A DNA stretch of 61,397 nt, filler included, from Sphacelaria rigidula (GCA_964200075.2; 6 parts of 6 records of this genome joined end to end with filler, not necessarily neighbours in it), one strand, 5' to 3'; counted from the first letter of the whole stretch, positions 37,950 through 51,248 are shown. The notes: a model not told the origin generated them from the sequence alone. Translations and numbers: made by a program.

Positions 37950-38860
37950 TCGAGCGGTTTTCTACTGCACCCTTGGATTTTGGTCGATGTACCACGACAC
38001 CATTTAAGATCAAGATTCCTGATGACACTCCGCCTATCGCTATGCGTCCGTACCGTACGAACCCCCTCTTAGCGGATAAGATCCAGGTTATTCTCGATAG
38101 TTACTTATCCGCCGGTTTAATTCGGCACTCGACGTCTCCGTGGCCTCGCCTTTAGTAGTCGTCCGTAAGAAGAATGGCAAAATCAGACAGACTGTCAATT
38201 ATCAACGATTGAACGCTGTCACCAAGATCGCCCGGCTACCACTTCCACGGATTGATGAAATATTGACACTTTTGGCGGGGTAAGGTATTTTCGAACTTTG
38301 ACATGCAGTCTGGCTACCACCAGCTTGTGATGGGTCCAAATTCTATTGAGCTGACAGCGTTTTGCACGCCATCAGGTTTGTACAAGTGGCTGGTTACACC
38401 ACAAGGTGCCGCCGGAGCTCCAGGTGCGTTTCAAAGTGTAATGTTCTGTGTAACTGATGGATTGCCCACATGTCATATGTACCTTATGATGCGGTGTGCC
38501 ACGACTCCACACCGGCCGAACACGTCGAACAGTTGGCATCATTCTTTAATCGGCTTGAACAATACAACTTGAAAATCACCCCCTCCAAAAAACGCATTGG
38601 CGCCACGAAGATTGAGTTCTTGGGTCATTGCATCACCCCCGAAGGTCGTAGCCCAAAGCTCGACAAGGTCGCCGCACTCTCTGATATGCCCATGCTACGG
38701 GATATTTCTCAACCGCGTTCCTTGTTGGGAGGTATGAGCTACTACAGACAGTACTTGCCAAACCTTGCCCAAACGCTGAAACCCCTCACTGCCCTCTTCA
38801 AAAAAGGGGTGGAATTTGTGTTCACATTGGAAATGGAAAAAAACCGTCCGCCGTCTTCTT
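37950..38860 (+). pseudogene. Reverse transcriptase (frameshifted)
   Basis: PIAMRPYR, IRHSTSPW, DMQSGYHQL, TAFCTPSGLY, PQGAAGAPGAFQ and IEFLGH motifs. YLDD is broken by a 1-nt deletion at ~38486. Confidence 0.92.
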
Positions 38861-38869
38861 GACATCCTT

Positions 38870-39300
38870 TCGCGCCCGCCGATTCTCGTCTTCCCCGACT
38901 GGTCGGCCGCGGAGCAGGGCTCCCGCCCTTCCCGGCTCCACACAGATTATTCCAAAATGGGGTTTGGCTGCACATTAGAAGAGGAGCAAGTCGATGCTAC
39001 TGTTCGTCTCATTGTCTATCTGAGTCGCACCACTTTTCCGAATGAACGGAGTTGGTCTATCATGGAACAAGAGGCCGGCGCAGTTGTTTGGGGCGAGCGA
39101 CGTCTGCGTCAGTATTTGTATGACATCCCGTTTGTGATTTATACCGATCATAAGTCTTTGGAAAGCCTTGCCAAAATAGCGGAACACAACGCTAGGGTCC
39201 AACGCTGGTTCGAAATTCTGTCGTCTTACAACTTTCAAGTGAAGTACCGCACGGGTCCCCAGACTGCAAACGCCGACTTTCTGTCACGCTTGCCCACACC
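38870..39300 (+). pseudogene. Ty3/Gypsy RNase H
   Basis: LHTDYSKMGFGCTL, YLSR..FPNERSWSIMEQE, FVIYTDHKSL and NADFLSRLP motifs. Confidence 0.9.
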
Positions 39301-40329
39301 AGCTCAACCTATCGATGAATCACCCATGGGACGTATCACCGATCCCACCGAAGACATTGTATACTTCATAAGCAGGAATGGACATAGAGGTCTCTACACA
39401 CCACTTTCACTGAGAGAAACGCCGACTTTAGGCATGGATGGGTGGGCTGACGACCACAGCCCACGCATCAGTCCTAGGCAGCTTACAACCTCAATCGCTG
39501 TACTCAGTTTGGAATGGACAGTCTACGAATACTGTTGGCTATGATCATTTTCGTGCAACTGGCCAGCGCATGGTTTTCGCAGCAAGTGTAGAACCGTTCT
39601 TTGCTGACTCCGTCTCACCAGTTCAAGTTCGAGATTTGATTTCGAGTAGGACTCGTGGACGACGAACCGCCAAAACGGCCACCAAATTAGCCGTATTTGT
39701 TCCTGACCTTCTCCTCCCTGCCCCCACCTCGGTCCCCGATAGTTTCCTTGCGCCCCCGTAGCCTCCGCGACGCAAGGCCCCCAGAAAATCGACCCCGACC
39801 GTGCCGCCCCTGCCAACCATAGCCGAAACCACGGCTGTGCCCCCCTCTCTTGGTGATGATATTGCAAATACCACCACAACACCCTCCACGCTAATCGACG
39901 CAGGAGTAGACGTGAGCGTTCCGTCTGAAAGTACACCAACTGGTAGGTTCACCCTTGATTCCGAAATCACCGCTTCGTGCCAACCCCGCCCCGTACCGAC
40001 CCAACACGAAGTCGACGCTTCAACAGATGTTGTATTCAGGGAACGTTTGACTCTCTTTTCCCACGCCGATTGAGCCCGTGAACAACAGGCAGAACCTGCT
40101 TGTAAGTCAGCTATCCATTTTCTGTCTAAAGGTTGCCCATGTCCATTCTCAGAAACTGAATTCCTTTTGCCAGTCGGGAATCTCAAAGCGCCCACACAGG
40201 ATGAAGTTACTGAACTTTCAAGGAAAGGTATGCTACATACGGATGATGGTATAGTTCTGTCAGTTCGCCGGCCCACAGCATCCCCCCCCAGGGGGAAGCC
40301 TACAAGTCGACATGCCCGCTTGCTAGGTG

Positions 40330-40899
40330 ATGAGCCCGTCCGCATCTATGTCCCGATGCTACTGCGCCCATGGGTTCTACACGAATGCCATTCACAGGCA
40401 TCGACTCATTTAGGCGCCATTAGGACCTCCCAGATGTTGGAACGTTTTTATTGGTGGATTTGTATGGATCAGTGTTGTCGATGGTGGGTGAGGCGTTGTC
40501 TTTTGTGTCAGACGCGAACAACTTCTCGTCAAACAGTTCGTTGGCCGATTGTTTCCATGCCACTCCCAAACGGACCTGGTGAAGTAGTGTCGTGGGACTA
40601 TTTTGGTCCTTTGCCCCTGACGGATAGCGGGAATAAGTATATTTTGTTGTTTACGGATAGATTTAGTCGACATGCGGTGATGCATGCCGTCTCCCCCAGT
40701 AGTTATACCGCGGGAGGTACCGCCAACGTTCTTGTCTACATGTACATCCCACTGTGGGGTGTGCCCAAACGCTTATTATCTGACAACGGCCCGCATTTTT
40801 CAGGCAAACTTTCTGCCGCCGTCAGTGACCTTTTGGGTGCCCATCGCATTTTTACTAGTTCATATCACCCTTCCACCAATGGTGGAACGGAACGAGTGA
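40330..40899 (+). pseudogene. Integrase (HHCC zinc finger plus DDE core), truncated by the gap
   Basis: ECHSQASTHLG...CLLCQ, WDYFGPLP, DRFSR, SDNGPHF and YHPSTNGGTERV motifs. Confidence 0.93.
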
Positions 40900-40999
40900 N
40901 NNNNNNNNNNNNNNNNNNNNNNNNNNNNNNNNNNNNNNNNNNNTTAATTAATTAANNNNNNNNNNNNNNNNNNNNNNNNNNNNNNNNNNNNNNNNNNNN
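40900..40999. other. Artificial contig spacer
   Basis: N44-TTAATTAATTAA-N44. Confidence 0.97.
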
Positions 41000-41009
41000 T
41001 TCCGCTCCC

Positions 41010-41366
41010 TGTGTTGTGTGTGTTGTCGCCCCATCTCTTCTGGGCGCCAGTCTACACCGTCCGGTATATGTGGGCGCATCAGCCGGGGTCACACAGGAGG
41101 AAGGTCAACACGGGAGTTTTTTTTTATTTTATTTGTTTTTAGTACCCCACCTTCCTTCTGCGATGCTTGCCTTGTATTTTTTATCGCGAGAGGGGTTCAG
41201 CAGTACCTTTCCCTCGTCGACCGCTAAGTTAAATTTTGTGTACCCACGACATGTCGCTTTCCACTGTTGGGCATGGTGTAAGAAAAATTCCCAGATCGCT
41301 CCGGGAATCGAACCCCACCACTCAACCGTCAGATTACGAGGCTACCAACTGAGCCACCGGGGCGAC
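41010..41366 (-). mobile_element. tRNA-derived SINE
   Basis: Minus strand reads gtcgccccggTGGCTCAGTTGG (A box) ... GGTTTCGATTCC (B box) ... (AC)-rich tail; homologous to 41821-42183. Confidence 0.85.
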
Positions 41367-41820
41367 ACCAAACTACAGTAACTGATGTCCACTATCTCGG
41401 TCAGACCACCGGAGCACGGCGACAAGAATTAAAGTCCGTTCAATCTACCCGGGCTGACCGATGATACGCTACCGTAGTTTAGGCACCGTGGCGCGGCGAT
41501 TCAACGCTCGGTAATCAGATACAAGGCGCCGCGCCCGGATGATCTAAATCGAAAACGTGTACATCTCTAATCTCAGTTGAGTACGGGATATCGATCTCCA
41601 GCATATACGAGCCTTACAGTATACGCTTTCTATACTTATCGGGAGTGTCTGATTTCCGCCGTCGAAAACGAACGTGGAGACCTGAGCCGCAAAAGTGTAA
41701 ATTGAAAGGAAGCCGACGGAGCGAGGGAGTGCTGATCCACCCCTTCAGGACATAATGACCGGGGAAGTACAGTGCTAAGGAAGAGACATATCGATTGATC
41801 TCATCTAGACTACTTCCGCC

Positions 41821-42183
41821 GGTCGCCTCGGTGGCTCAGTTGGTAACCTCGAAGCCTTCCGACGGTTGGGTCGTGGGTTCGAATCTCGGAGCGATCCGGG
41901 ACTTTTTCTCGCACGGTGCCCAACAGTGGAAGGCGCCCATGTCGTGGGTACACAAATATTTGACTTCATGGTTGGCGAGGGAAAGGGAATAATGAACCCC
42001 TCTCGTGGTGAAAAATAAAAGGCAAGCGCCGCAGAAGGAAGGTGGAGAACTAAAACAAATAAGAGAGAAAAAACTCCCGTGTTGGCCTTTCTCCTGTGTG
42101 ACCCCGGCTGGTGCGCCCAAATATACCGAAAGGTGTAGACCGGCGTCCAGAATAGATGGGACGGCAACACACACATTCACACC
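41821..42183 (+). mobile_element. tRNA-derived SINE (~360 bp)
   Basis: Pol III A box TGGCTCAGTTGG (41832-41843), B box GGTTCGAATCT (41876-41886), unique body and (AC)n tail; four copies in the window. Confidence 0.88.
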
Positions 42184-43235
42184 ACGGACGCGTCCCTAAG
42201 ACGGCGGGGGCATGATAGGGGGGCTGAAGACGTACGACAATGACAAGAAAAAAAATGAAGTCGAACATTGTGTCATGCTTGTACAGAATGTGTGTGGTGT
42301 GTAGATTGATATATATATATATATATTGATATATATTGATATATTGATTGGTCGATTGATCGTCGTTTATTGCCTCATCCGCTCCGAATTCAGCCGTGGT
42401 GACTTCAAGATAGATGCGACCTGGGTATTTTTCTCGCATGAGTACCATGCAATGCCACTACAGTATTAATGCGCACTCGTGCGGCTTGATATTCATAGAC
42501 ATGGACCAATGTGCTCGTGAAGATGTCAAGATGTCAACGAGAGATGCATGAGTTCCTGTATGGGGACCGGCCTTTCTTTAACAGTGAAAAAAAGGGGGGC
42601 CCATTCACGTTGACATTGGTACCATATCGAGTTCGACGCGATTTCACCTCGTGGAGCGGTTCTAGCGAAAGCGCTGACTCGATTCAATAGTCTCGCGGGA
42701 CTGTCAGGTCTTGGTGTTCTGTATTATTTTCGTCAGTTGGTCGATGAGTTTGCAGCAATAGCAGCTACCGTGAATCGCTCAAGGTGCATGTCATAGCTAC
42801 TGATCGGTGCATCGGGTAGTATCAAACAGAGCCCCTTCCCTACGTGATGCTATACGAAGTTGAGAGCTTGCAGTTAAAAGTCATGAAGTAGTCGAATCGG
42901 CCACGTGGTTCGAAAAGGTACACCCTTTCGGTTACGTTCATAAGAAAGAGGGAGGCCAACCATCTCGCGAACAACGTGTCGAATGCCTCACGATCATATG
43001 TCTCAATGTTCAATGGGGGGGGGGAACGTGTCAACTGGATTTCTTCTTTCGTTCCTTGTCATGCATCCCGTTTCCAGAACAGTAGGCCGGGACTGTGTAC
43101 GATAGAGAGGAGCATTTACCTCTTGAGGTTAGCCATATATTTTCTCTTTCTTCTTATTAATTATTTATGTTTGTTTTGCTTGTATCGCGCTTTGTGCGTT
43201 TTAATTCACGTCTATTTTATTTTTGAAGGTTTTTG

Positions 43236-43322
43236 CTAGCCCGTGACCACGGAAGGTGTCCGCATCAGATGCCCAGTACTAATGTACCGCGCAGATATCG
43301 GAACGGTTTTTTATGTGGAGAT

Positions 43323-43358
<36 letters not shown>
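43236..43358 (+). mobile_element. (AAC)n-tailed retroposon 3' end in the intron downstream of ABCG exon 2
   Basis: Near-identical to ~3605-3790. Confidence 0.75.
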
Positions 43359-43359
<1 letters not shown>

Positions 43360-43364
43360 TTTAC

Positions 43365-43499
43365 CTGACCCGCCAGGGCATTGAGAAGCGTGGTCTTTCC
43401 GCTGCCAGACGGTCCCATTACGGCGAGAAGCCTGCCGGATCTTGCTTTGCCGCTGACGTGGCTGAGAATTTGCTTCTTGCCGGCGGCGCAGGACACATC
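43365..43499 (-). CDS. ABCG: ABCG half-transporter exon 2 with Walker A ([45 protein letters not shown])
   Basis: White/ABCG-type vSG.a..[23 protein letters not shown]; aaacAG| acceptor, |GTAAAT donor, 135 nt, phase 0/0. Confidence 0.92.
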
Positions 43500-46400
43500 C
43501 TGTTTAGACATGGTGAAAACAAAAACATGCATATGCACAAAAAGAAGAGGCGTGGTTTCACCATAAAGAGGATCAGAAACCAAGGACATATGACAGGATT
43601 ATGCATCTCCCAGGCATGTTTGCTTCGCCAACAGATGTAGGGTGTGAAATACAAATATTATCATTATTTCCGCATATTAGTCTGACCTCTCGAACGTATT
43701 GTCACAGACTGTGGCCCGCCTTTCCAGCACTGTCGCTACTATTCCTTACATGAGGAGGAGCTCGAGCTGAGCGGCTTTTCCCGAGACTCCAGAACGAAAT
43801 AAAACAGTGAGAGAGAGACGTCAAGAATTAAAGAGGAGATTTTTTTTTCTCCCTGGAGTTGGTCGGGGTGTGGCAAAAACAAACTAGATCTCTTCATAAG
43901 GTGAAGGAGCTCGAGAGACGCAGTATGAAGTAACAAGAAGTACTCCACGAAACGTTGATACATATTATCCTTGTGGTCATGTGATGGGTTGGCCGAAACA
44001 GTCGAATAACGAATTATTTCTGCATAGCACCGCCCGTTGAGCCATGCAATGCCCCCTCTCCGTCTCGTCTCTCGCTGCTAGCTCACTACAGTTCAGTGTT
44101 GAGAGATCTCGTGCGATTCGGGGGGTGGAACGGTTTGATCTGGCAGCAACACGCCTCCGTGTGTAGCATTCATGAGTGGTCTACGTACTGTAGTTCATGC
44201 ACTGTAAGTGTTTTGCCCGACTGTCAGAGTATGGAAATCCATCATTGTCCACAGGTATTCATCTCCGATCCGGCACCCCAGGTGATGCACCCTCACGAAC
44301 GGACAGCAGGATGCACAGGCCGTGCTTGCAAGAGCGGAGGGGTAGAGGGTAGGGGGGTGGGGGGGGTGGGGGGGGTGGGGGGAAGGAAGAGAAAGGGAGG
44401 CGGTTGGGGGGATGATGCAAATATATGATACGTCTATTCCTCCCACGGTGGTTGGGTTGCCTTGGGTTGTTGATCGTTGGGTGCATACGCAGAACGTCTC
44501 CCTTTTGGCACGCTCTGACAATCATTTTTTCAGTTTTCCCTTCTCTGTGCTCGGCTTGTCTATCGTCGGGAACTCTCAGCAGATCAACCTACGCGCAGCA
44601 ACCCTCGACACGAACAGTCGCCCGCTGTTTTGAGGTCGGAATATCATGTCCATGCGGTAGTCGGGATGATGCGTATTTGTAGAAAGTTCATCAGCGAGAA
44701 GAGCACGGAAGGGTGCAAAATTCCTTGTTTCGTCAGTGTTGCCGGAGCGGGAAAATAGCACTTTGCCTTCTTGCTCAGAAATGGCAAGAAAAGAGGCACA
44801 ACTCACGCGAGGTTCAAAGTCAGCTCTTCGACCACGACACCCTCTGAAAAAAACTGGTCTGGAGAATATGAACTTTTGATAGAGCTGGTGTGCGCCAGTG
44901 TGGATACTACTTTGCTGGGGTCGTGGGATCTTCCTGAAGAATATCGCTGACTTAACGCGGTTGGCGAAGGATCTCCAAAGCGAGCCATTTTTCTTTCCGT
45001 CATGTAGAGCAAGGATTGACCGTGAGCCGGGGTGGTAGGCAGTGGAAGCGGGATAAGAGTGACTCCCCAGGGCGTCGTGGTGGCTCTGTTAAATTGAGCT
45101 CTTGATACCTCCGAGACCTATTACCAGGGAACCGGAGATTTGTCTATACAAATATGAGGGTTTCGTCACTCCTCATTTATTTCACTGTTGGGCCTGCTTC
45201 TGTGACGTACTCATATCCGGTTTACACCTGTACAGCAAGTCATGACGCTGCACCTACACAGAGTATGGCGTCCACAATTTCCTGCAACAGTCAAAACGTC
45301 TCCCCGCTCAGAAAACGGCGGGGGCAAGAGCAGTGATCATGTACCACTTACAAATAGCATCATGTTTCCGCACAGAGTGTCTAATTGTCACCATCTCGAC
45401 GTCACGTCTTGATGACATCATCTCTCGAGCGATCAGTAAGCTATTTAAGAATATCAAGGAGGATCTACTGGGTAGTCGTCGCCACTTGGCCTCCCGTGCA
45501 GCGAACAAATCACGTTACAAAGTACATTCGCCCCCCACCTTGCTGCGATCGCAATGAAAGAGGACCACAACGGGATAGACAGCTGTTTCGGGAAGAGACC
45601 TGGCGGTCAAACGCTTCAAGACCAACGTTCAGGTGCAGGAATGAGGGGTAAAGCGATCCGGAAAAGGTACCGTCTCTGATCCAAGTTATAAGGTCGATTT
45701 GAAAATCCCACCGCATATCTTCGCCCCTTTCCCGTTATTTTTCCAATAGTTTTTTTGCACTGGATTCGAGACGCTCATGCGGGAGTGACAATTCGGTTGT
45801 TTAATTCTACGAGCTAAAAAGGTGGTGCTTGCATGTCACAAGCAGCAGGCCAAAATTACCACCCCAACTCTGAAGTTCCGGTGAGAGACTTTTTCCACGA
45901 CTTTTTAATAAAACAAAAATACAGCGGGTTCGAGGCGCACACGGGGCTGTCATTTCTGGGATTTTTTCTCTCCCGACCGTTTGGTTCTCTCACATCATCC
46001 ACCACGTGGGCTGGGGTAGGACTGGGGTTCGGGTTCGGGTTACTCCAAAACCTGGGGATCTTGAGCCTGCATCTCCGAATTTTGACAGCCTCTGGAGTTC
46101 ATCTTGTTTTCAGTTTGAGTGGTGCCCGAACTTATTATATACCATTTACTGTCTGTCCACCAACCCGCGATAGGCATGACGTACGAATCGACCCTATGTA
46201 CCGGGATTTCCAAATCGACATTACAACTTGGACCAGAGGGGGTATATATCTCCTGCCGCGTATGTCGTTATGATCAGTGTTGCAGCTATTTCACCGACTC
46301 ACGTGACTGGAAACTAAGCTTTTTCAGAAGTCCAAGGATGTGGCCTAACGATTGTGGACCGGCGATTTTTCATACAAGCATGGTTGATACCGTACGAGTT

Positions 46401-48828
46401 CTTAGGAGATACATTCACCAAAGTGTCACACTCTTAGACCTGCACACCCATGCAAGCTTCGGAAATGGCACACATGATTGATCACATATTTGTCTCTCGT
46501 ACATGCACACAAAAGCACGACCCGCCAGTACAGACAGCTGCTACTGCACAGGACAAAAGAGCCAGAAGTATACCATAACTTCGGGAGTGTCCTCCAAGCG
46601 TACAGCCACCATTATCAGCACCCATACCGCGTTCCACACACTATACAGTAGCAGCAGTAAACACGGCATACAGTATAAGTGGGGCTTTATAATAGTAGTG
46701 TACTGGTGGTGGTGGAGCTGTACTGTACAATTTTGTGTTGACGCTGGCACCCTCATCTTTAGATTCACTCGCTCGCTTGTGTTCACCGTGCCGTCGACGG
46801 CTCCTCCGTCTCTGCACCGACGATGCGTAGATGACATGACCAACTGCATGTGCGTGTCCATAGAACACGTGTGACGTAGCGATGCAGTGCTCGCCGTAAA
46901 AAAACAGGATTACCTTCCGCAAGGTGGGGTTGATGCGCAAAGGTGCACATGACTCACAGCACGGGCAGCCGTTTCTTCTCCACTCACGAAACACGCATGC
47001 CCGATCTAGATCGAAACTAGCTGTTGGGTGCTGCCTATGGAGAAACAGAATAACACAGTCCTACTCGACTCTTTCACCTTCGACAAAAAGCTATAACGTG
47101 TAGAAAAAGAGCGTGCGTGGGGCGCGCTCTCAAGCTCGGAGAGCGGAGTGCTTGCTTACATGGTAACTGCTACCATTGACTGCGCATACAGTAGTGCACC
47201 GTTAGGACAAATAAAATCGTGATTCAACTCATGTGACTCATTTCAACGAATAAATCGTGCGATTCGTACATCATTTGTAATTCATACAGGTTTTGAGCTC
47301 TTGTGTCGTGCAGTACACCGCCAACGGTACCTGTTTTCGTTCCTCCTGGTGTATGCATGTAGCAGTTTGATGCCTTACTTACGTAGGGTTCCTCACTTCC
47401 GTAGGGTTCATGGATGATAGCTTCATTCTCGACAAGTGAGGCCGGCATAGATAAGCCGCAATCTGTTTCCACGGCTTTGTTTTTCACGACTGGTTATGAG
47501 TGTGGTATTTGCGAGTGACCTTTTCCACCGAAGCCATGTTGCAGAGGACGGCCATTTCTCGGGGGGGGGGTTTCTGTCCTTGCCTTGTTTTGCCCTTCCC
47601 GTCTTTTCTTTCTTTCCTTAGTCAGCTCTGTTTTCCTGTTATACTTCTTTTTTTTAATTCCGCTTTTCTTCAGCGAGTATTTCCATTTTATTTAATCTTC
47701 GGTACATCTATCATGTGATCACGGCTGGATCTCTGGGGAATCAGTGAGAGTGCGACAATTTATCAATCCACGTTTCGCTTTTGTCGAGGGCACGCAGCGT
47801 TGCTCCCCTTCTATGCACGGGAAAAAACGGACAAAACCGGCGGAGTGGTGCTTGGCACAGCTACAAAGTCGACGATATTCCACAAAACCTGCTAGGTACC
47901 GTAAACTGGCTCAAACGGGCAAGGTATACGAGTCCTCGTTCGTTTCTACTCTCTTGGAGCGCTATCCATTTTCGGCTACAAAGTGCCGATTTCAGTCGCT
48001 TCTGTGCCCTTTCTGGCAATAACTGTACCTTTTGTAGGCATGACAAGGGGTGCACCTCCGCTTTATTAGCATGTGTGAAACTCTGTCACCTCCGTACTGT
48101 AAACATACCAAAACTCTCGATGTACACCTTTTTTTGCCCACCACTGTACCCGTTTACAGAGCAAGAGTAGACAACGCGAACGCCGGCCGAGACGAGAAGT
48201 GGCCGACAAGGCAGGCACACCTTGAACAATACGGAAAAGCACGACCTCCCTCACAAAGTACCCGTGCCATCACTCTTGCTCTGGCTCTGACTACATGCTA
48301 TACACAGTATGGGTCCATACAGAGCACACAGGATCCACGTGGAACGCGTCTGACTTATGGGGGTGTTATCTCTCGTGATAGAACGTTGGGCTGTTCCTGA
48401 GTGCTGCGGCAAGCGTGACAGGGTGTATGGAAACGGTTCCGCGCGGCGGATTCGGATCACCCAAATGTTGCGGGGGACAATGCAATGAAAATGACGGCTT
48501 GAATAGCAATCCAGCCATCAGGAGGCGAATGCATGCGTTGGAATCCTCGACCGGGCATATCCTCCGTTTGACTTCAGTTGTTCCCTGACATCATGTCGAT
48601 ACCTGTAAGTGAAGTTGTTCTGGCGCGTTATATATACATATGCGCGTCTTGAACATGTGAGTAGAACCACCCCACATAGGATTGTACCTATACATAGACA
48701 TAAACACAATATTATGCGAGCGCTGCACCGCATGACGGCCGCGCAATCGCTTCGATTCAAGGCACGCTCCGTGCACATGTAGCACATGCTCGAACCCAGC
48801 CAAGTCACGCCAGCTTTCATGAAAATAC

Positions 48829-48939
48829 CTTCCACTCTAAATCGAGCGGCTGAACCTTCCCGGCACCCCTTGCAGTGGTAGCAGATGATCCAAGTAGAGG
48901 AAATAGAACGAACACCAAGGTACGTCCCAGTGGACCCAT
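48829..48939 (-). CDS. ABCG: ABCG exon 1 (MGPLGRTLVFVLFPLLGSSATTARGAGKVQPLDLEWK)
   Basis: In-frame stop upstream of the ATG, signal-peptide-like N-terminus, AAG|GTATTT donor in phase 0. Splicing gives PLDLEWK|DVSC, the P..l.W.n..c motif that precedes ABCG NBDs. Not in the ORF track. Confidence 0.78.
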
Positions 48940-51148
48940 CTTGAAGGCTTCGAAGACTCCTACTGCATGAGGCCTTGGCTACACATGACCCCGTTGGATG
49001 ATGACCATACAAAACAGATCATGGATAACGACTGAAGTCCATTCAAAATTTGAATTCGAATGCTGTGGGGGATCGCTCTGGCTGAATCATTTGACATTTT
49101 TTGAAAGTAGCGCTGCGGCCGCCCTTGCCCGTCGATGGCCATGTTCCCCCCATCCTTCCGTACATTTTTCTACATATTTCTCCAACGCGATTTGTCACGC
49201 GCATGTATCAGGCGCACTTCGGGCATGTCGGTTCCCAGCAATGGTCTTTCGATCATTATATCCTCCCCTGCTCTATAAGCTGACTCACATCCATCACTTA
49301 AAATTCCCTCACCATCACCAAAGGCAACTAGGCGCATACACGGTCACGGTATCATGCTGACCGCAAGTGGTTACTGAAGAGGGCGACATAGCCGGGTTAT
49401 TGTTTGAGGTCATGGGAGTGGCGCTATGAAGGGCGAGAAGTTACCTCGACCAATCTGCGGCGTTTAAATGGTTCTGAAATTGACCATACGGATCCCTCAC
49501 CGCATTTCTACCTCATCTCCACATACATCAGTCGCAGTGAACTCGAGCTCGGGAATAACGGGAAAACATATTCGGAAAAGATTGCAACGGGACAAAATTG
49601 CAGCCAGCAACGTGGCATTGCGGTGGTGCGTGTTTTTCTCGACATCGTCGAATTTCCACTGATGACACAGGAACCCAAGACCCAGCGCACATCCTGTCGG
49701 TTTTCCTTGTATCCGTCGTTGAAAAGCTCGAATCACCCTCAAATTTGGCAGCTCGGTAGCTATTGATGCTCCCAGTGTGAAAATGCGTTGTTGAAAACCA
49801 TTCCATATCTTCTTCGTCCTCCACCGGTTTCCGGGGGTCCCAGCGCGAAGACCCCCGGAAGCTGGTGCAGGATGCTGTGAGGAGGAGAAGAAACTATGGC
49901 GTCCCGGAATAGTCCAAGGAACATGTGGACAGAGTTTCGTGCGCAACTCAGAAACTCGATGCAGCTTTCTCTCGTTTTAATGGTGACATACAGTACCTGA
50001 ACGAAAAATACGTTTATATCCTAAAATCAAGTACTGTAGTCAGGAGTTTGCCCCAAGCACGGGAAACTTCATTGCACAAGGGCGCAAAACTTCACACCTT
50101 GTTCGGGAGTTGGACCCTGAGAATATTTACACACGTGCTATGGATCATGACGAAATTTCGTGAACATGTGTTCTACTTTTCTATGCTTCACCGGTTTTTG
50201 GCGGTCCCATGAGGCACGAAGCCCCCGAAGAACCCTGGCACCCCCGGAAATCCGTGAAAAAATTAAGAAGTAATGAAACCTCGTCCGCCGAATCTTTTGT
50301 AATGACCCAGAGTATAGGTGTTCGACTTTTTAGAGTCCAAATGCCAACAAAGGCCAAGGGTGCCCAAAAACAAATCCCAGACCCTATGCCCCTTTCTCGA
50401 ACCCTGGATTTTTCGGGGTGGGGTGGGGAGGGTGTGGGGGGGGGTTACTAAATCCCATACATAAATAAAATAAAAGTCATGAAAGAGCATTGCTACGGTA
50501 GGGGTGCACTTTGTTCGCGAAATCTTGTCTGAGGTCTCCTAACGATTCCAGATGCACAAGAATATGGGTCAGGGCATCCCCGTTTGCAAGTCCATTCGGG
50601 ATTATCCTAGTACATTTGAATAGTAATCGTGGCGTACTCTCACATATTTCATAAGTCGTGTTTTGGATTGGATAAAGGGCTCCTGACAGTTCTAACCTCA
50701 GAAAAATTGTGCACCGCTATCGTAGCATCACTGAAAAAAAAAAAACATGAAAAACAAAAGTCGTGTTCATAGAGCTTCTATTCTTCGGACAAGTTCAGAG
50801 CCAAGTGAGGCCAAGTTATATCTACAGGCTTCGGCAATACACTGACTTCACATCAAACTTCCACGACAAAAGCAAGATCAGACAAATTCCACAAATCTCT
50901 GTAATGCTGAATCAAGCTAAGCTCACCTGTCTGCACCGCCAATTTGCGTCCACTGTACGTCGCATCTTGTGGTGGTAGATAGGACCAACAATCAAAGGCG
51001 CTACCTCATCCGAGTCGCCCCAAAAGTGCTATTCATTGAGCGTTTCTTGATGTGAAGAAAAAAATCCTACGCCCGCCGGAGGGGGGGGGGGGGGGGGAAG
51101 AGGGGCGGGGAGTTGTTTGGGGCCCCCTGGCAAGGGCGTGTGGTTTTG

Positions 51149-51248
51149 NNNNNNNNNNNNNNNNNNNNNNNNNNNNNNNNNNNNNNNNNNNNTTAATTAA
51201 TTAANNNNNNNNNNNNNNNNNNNNNNNNNNNNNNNNNNNNNNNNNNNN
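51149..51248. other. Artificial contig spacer
   Basis: N44-TTAATTAATTAA-N44. Confidence 0.97.

Larger units (their letters stand above)
30751..40899 (+). mobile_element. Degenerate Ty3/Gypsy LTR retrotransposon (internal region; 3' end lost at contig end)
   Basis: Domain order gag-PR-RT-RNaseH-IN is diagnostic of Ty3/Gypsy; intronless, with many stops and frameshifts. Confidence 0.93.

Noticed and set aside
41821..41900. Functional tRNA gene
   Set aside because: A and B boxes are present, but there is no clear anticodon arm or acceptor stem, and a shared ~280-bp body follows in multiple copies, so it is a SINE.
43685..43730. SVTIRSR peptide as the ABCG pre-NBD motif
   Set aside because: The donor phase does not match exon 2; 48829-48939 fits better.
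44807..45117. Minus-strand open stretch with a GTGAGT donor as an ABCG exon
   Set aside because: It ends in phase 2, incompatible with exon 2, and exon 1 already joins exon 2 to give the expected motif. No homology is recognisable.
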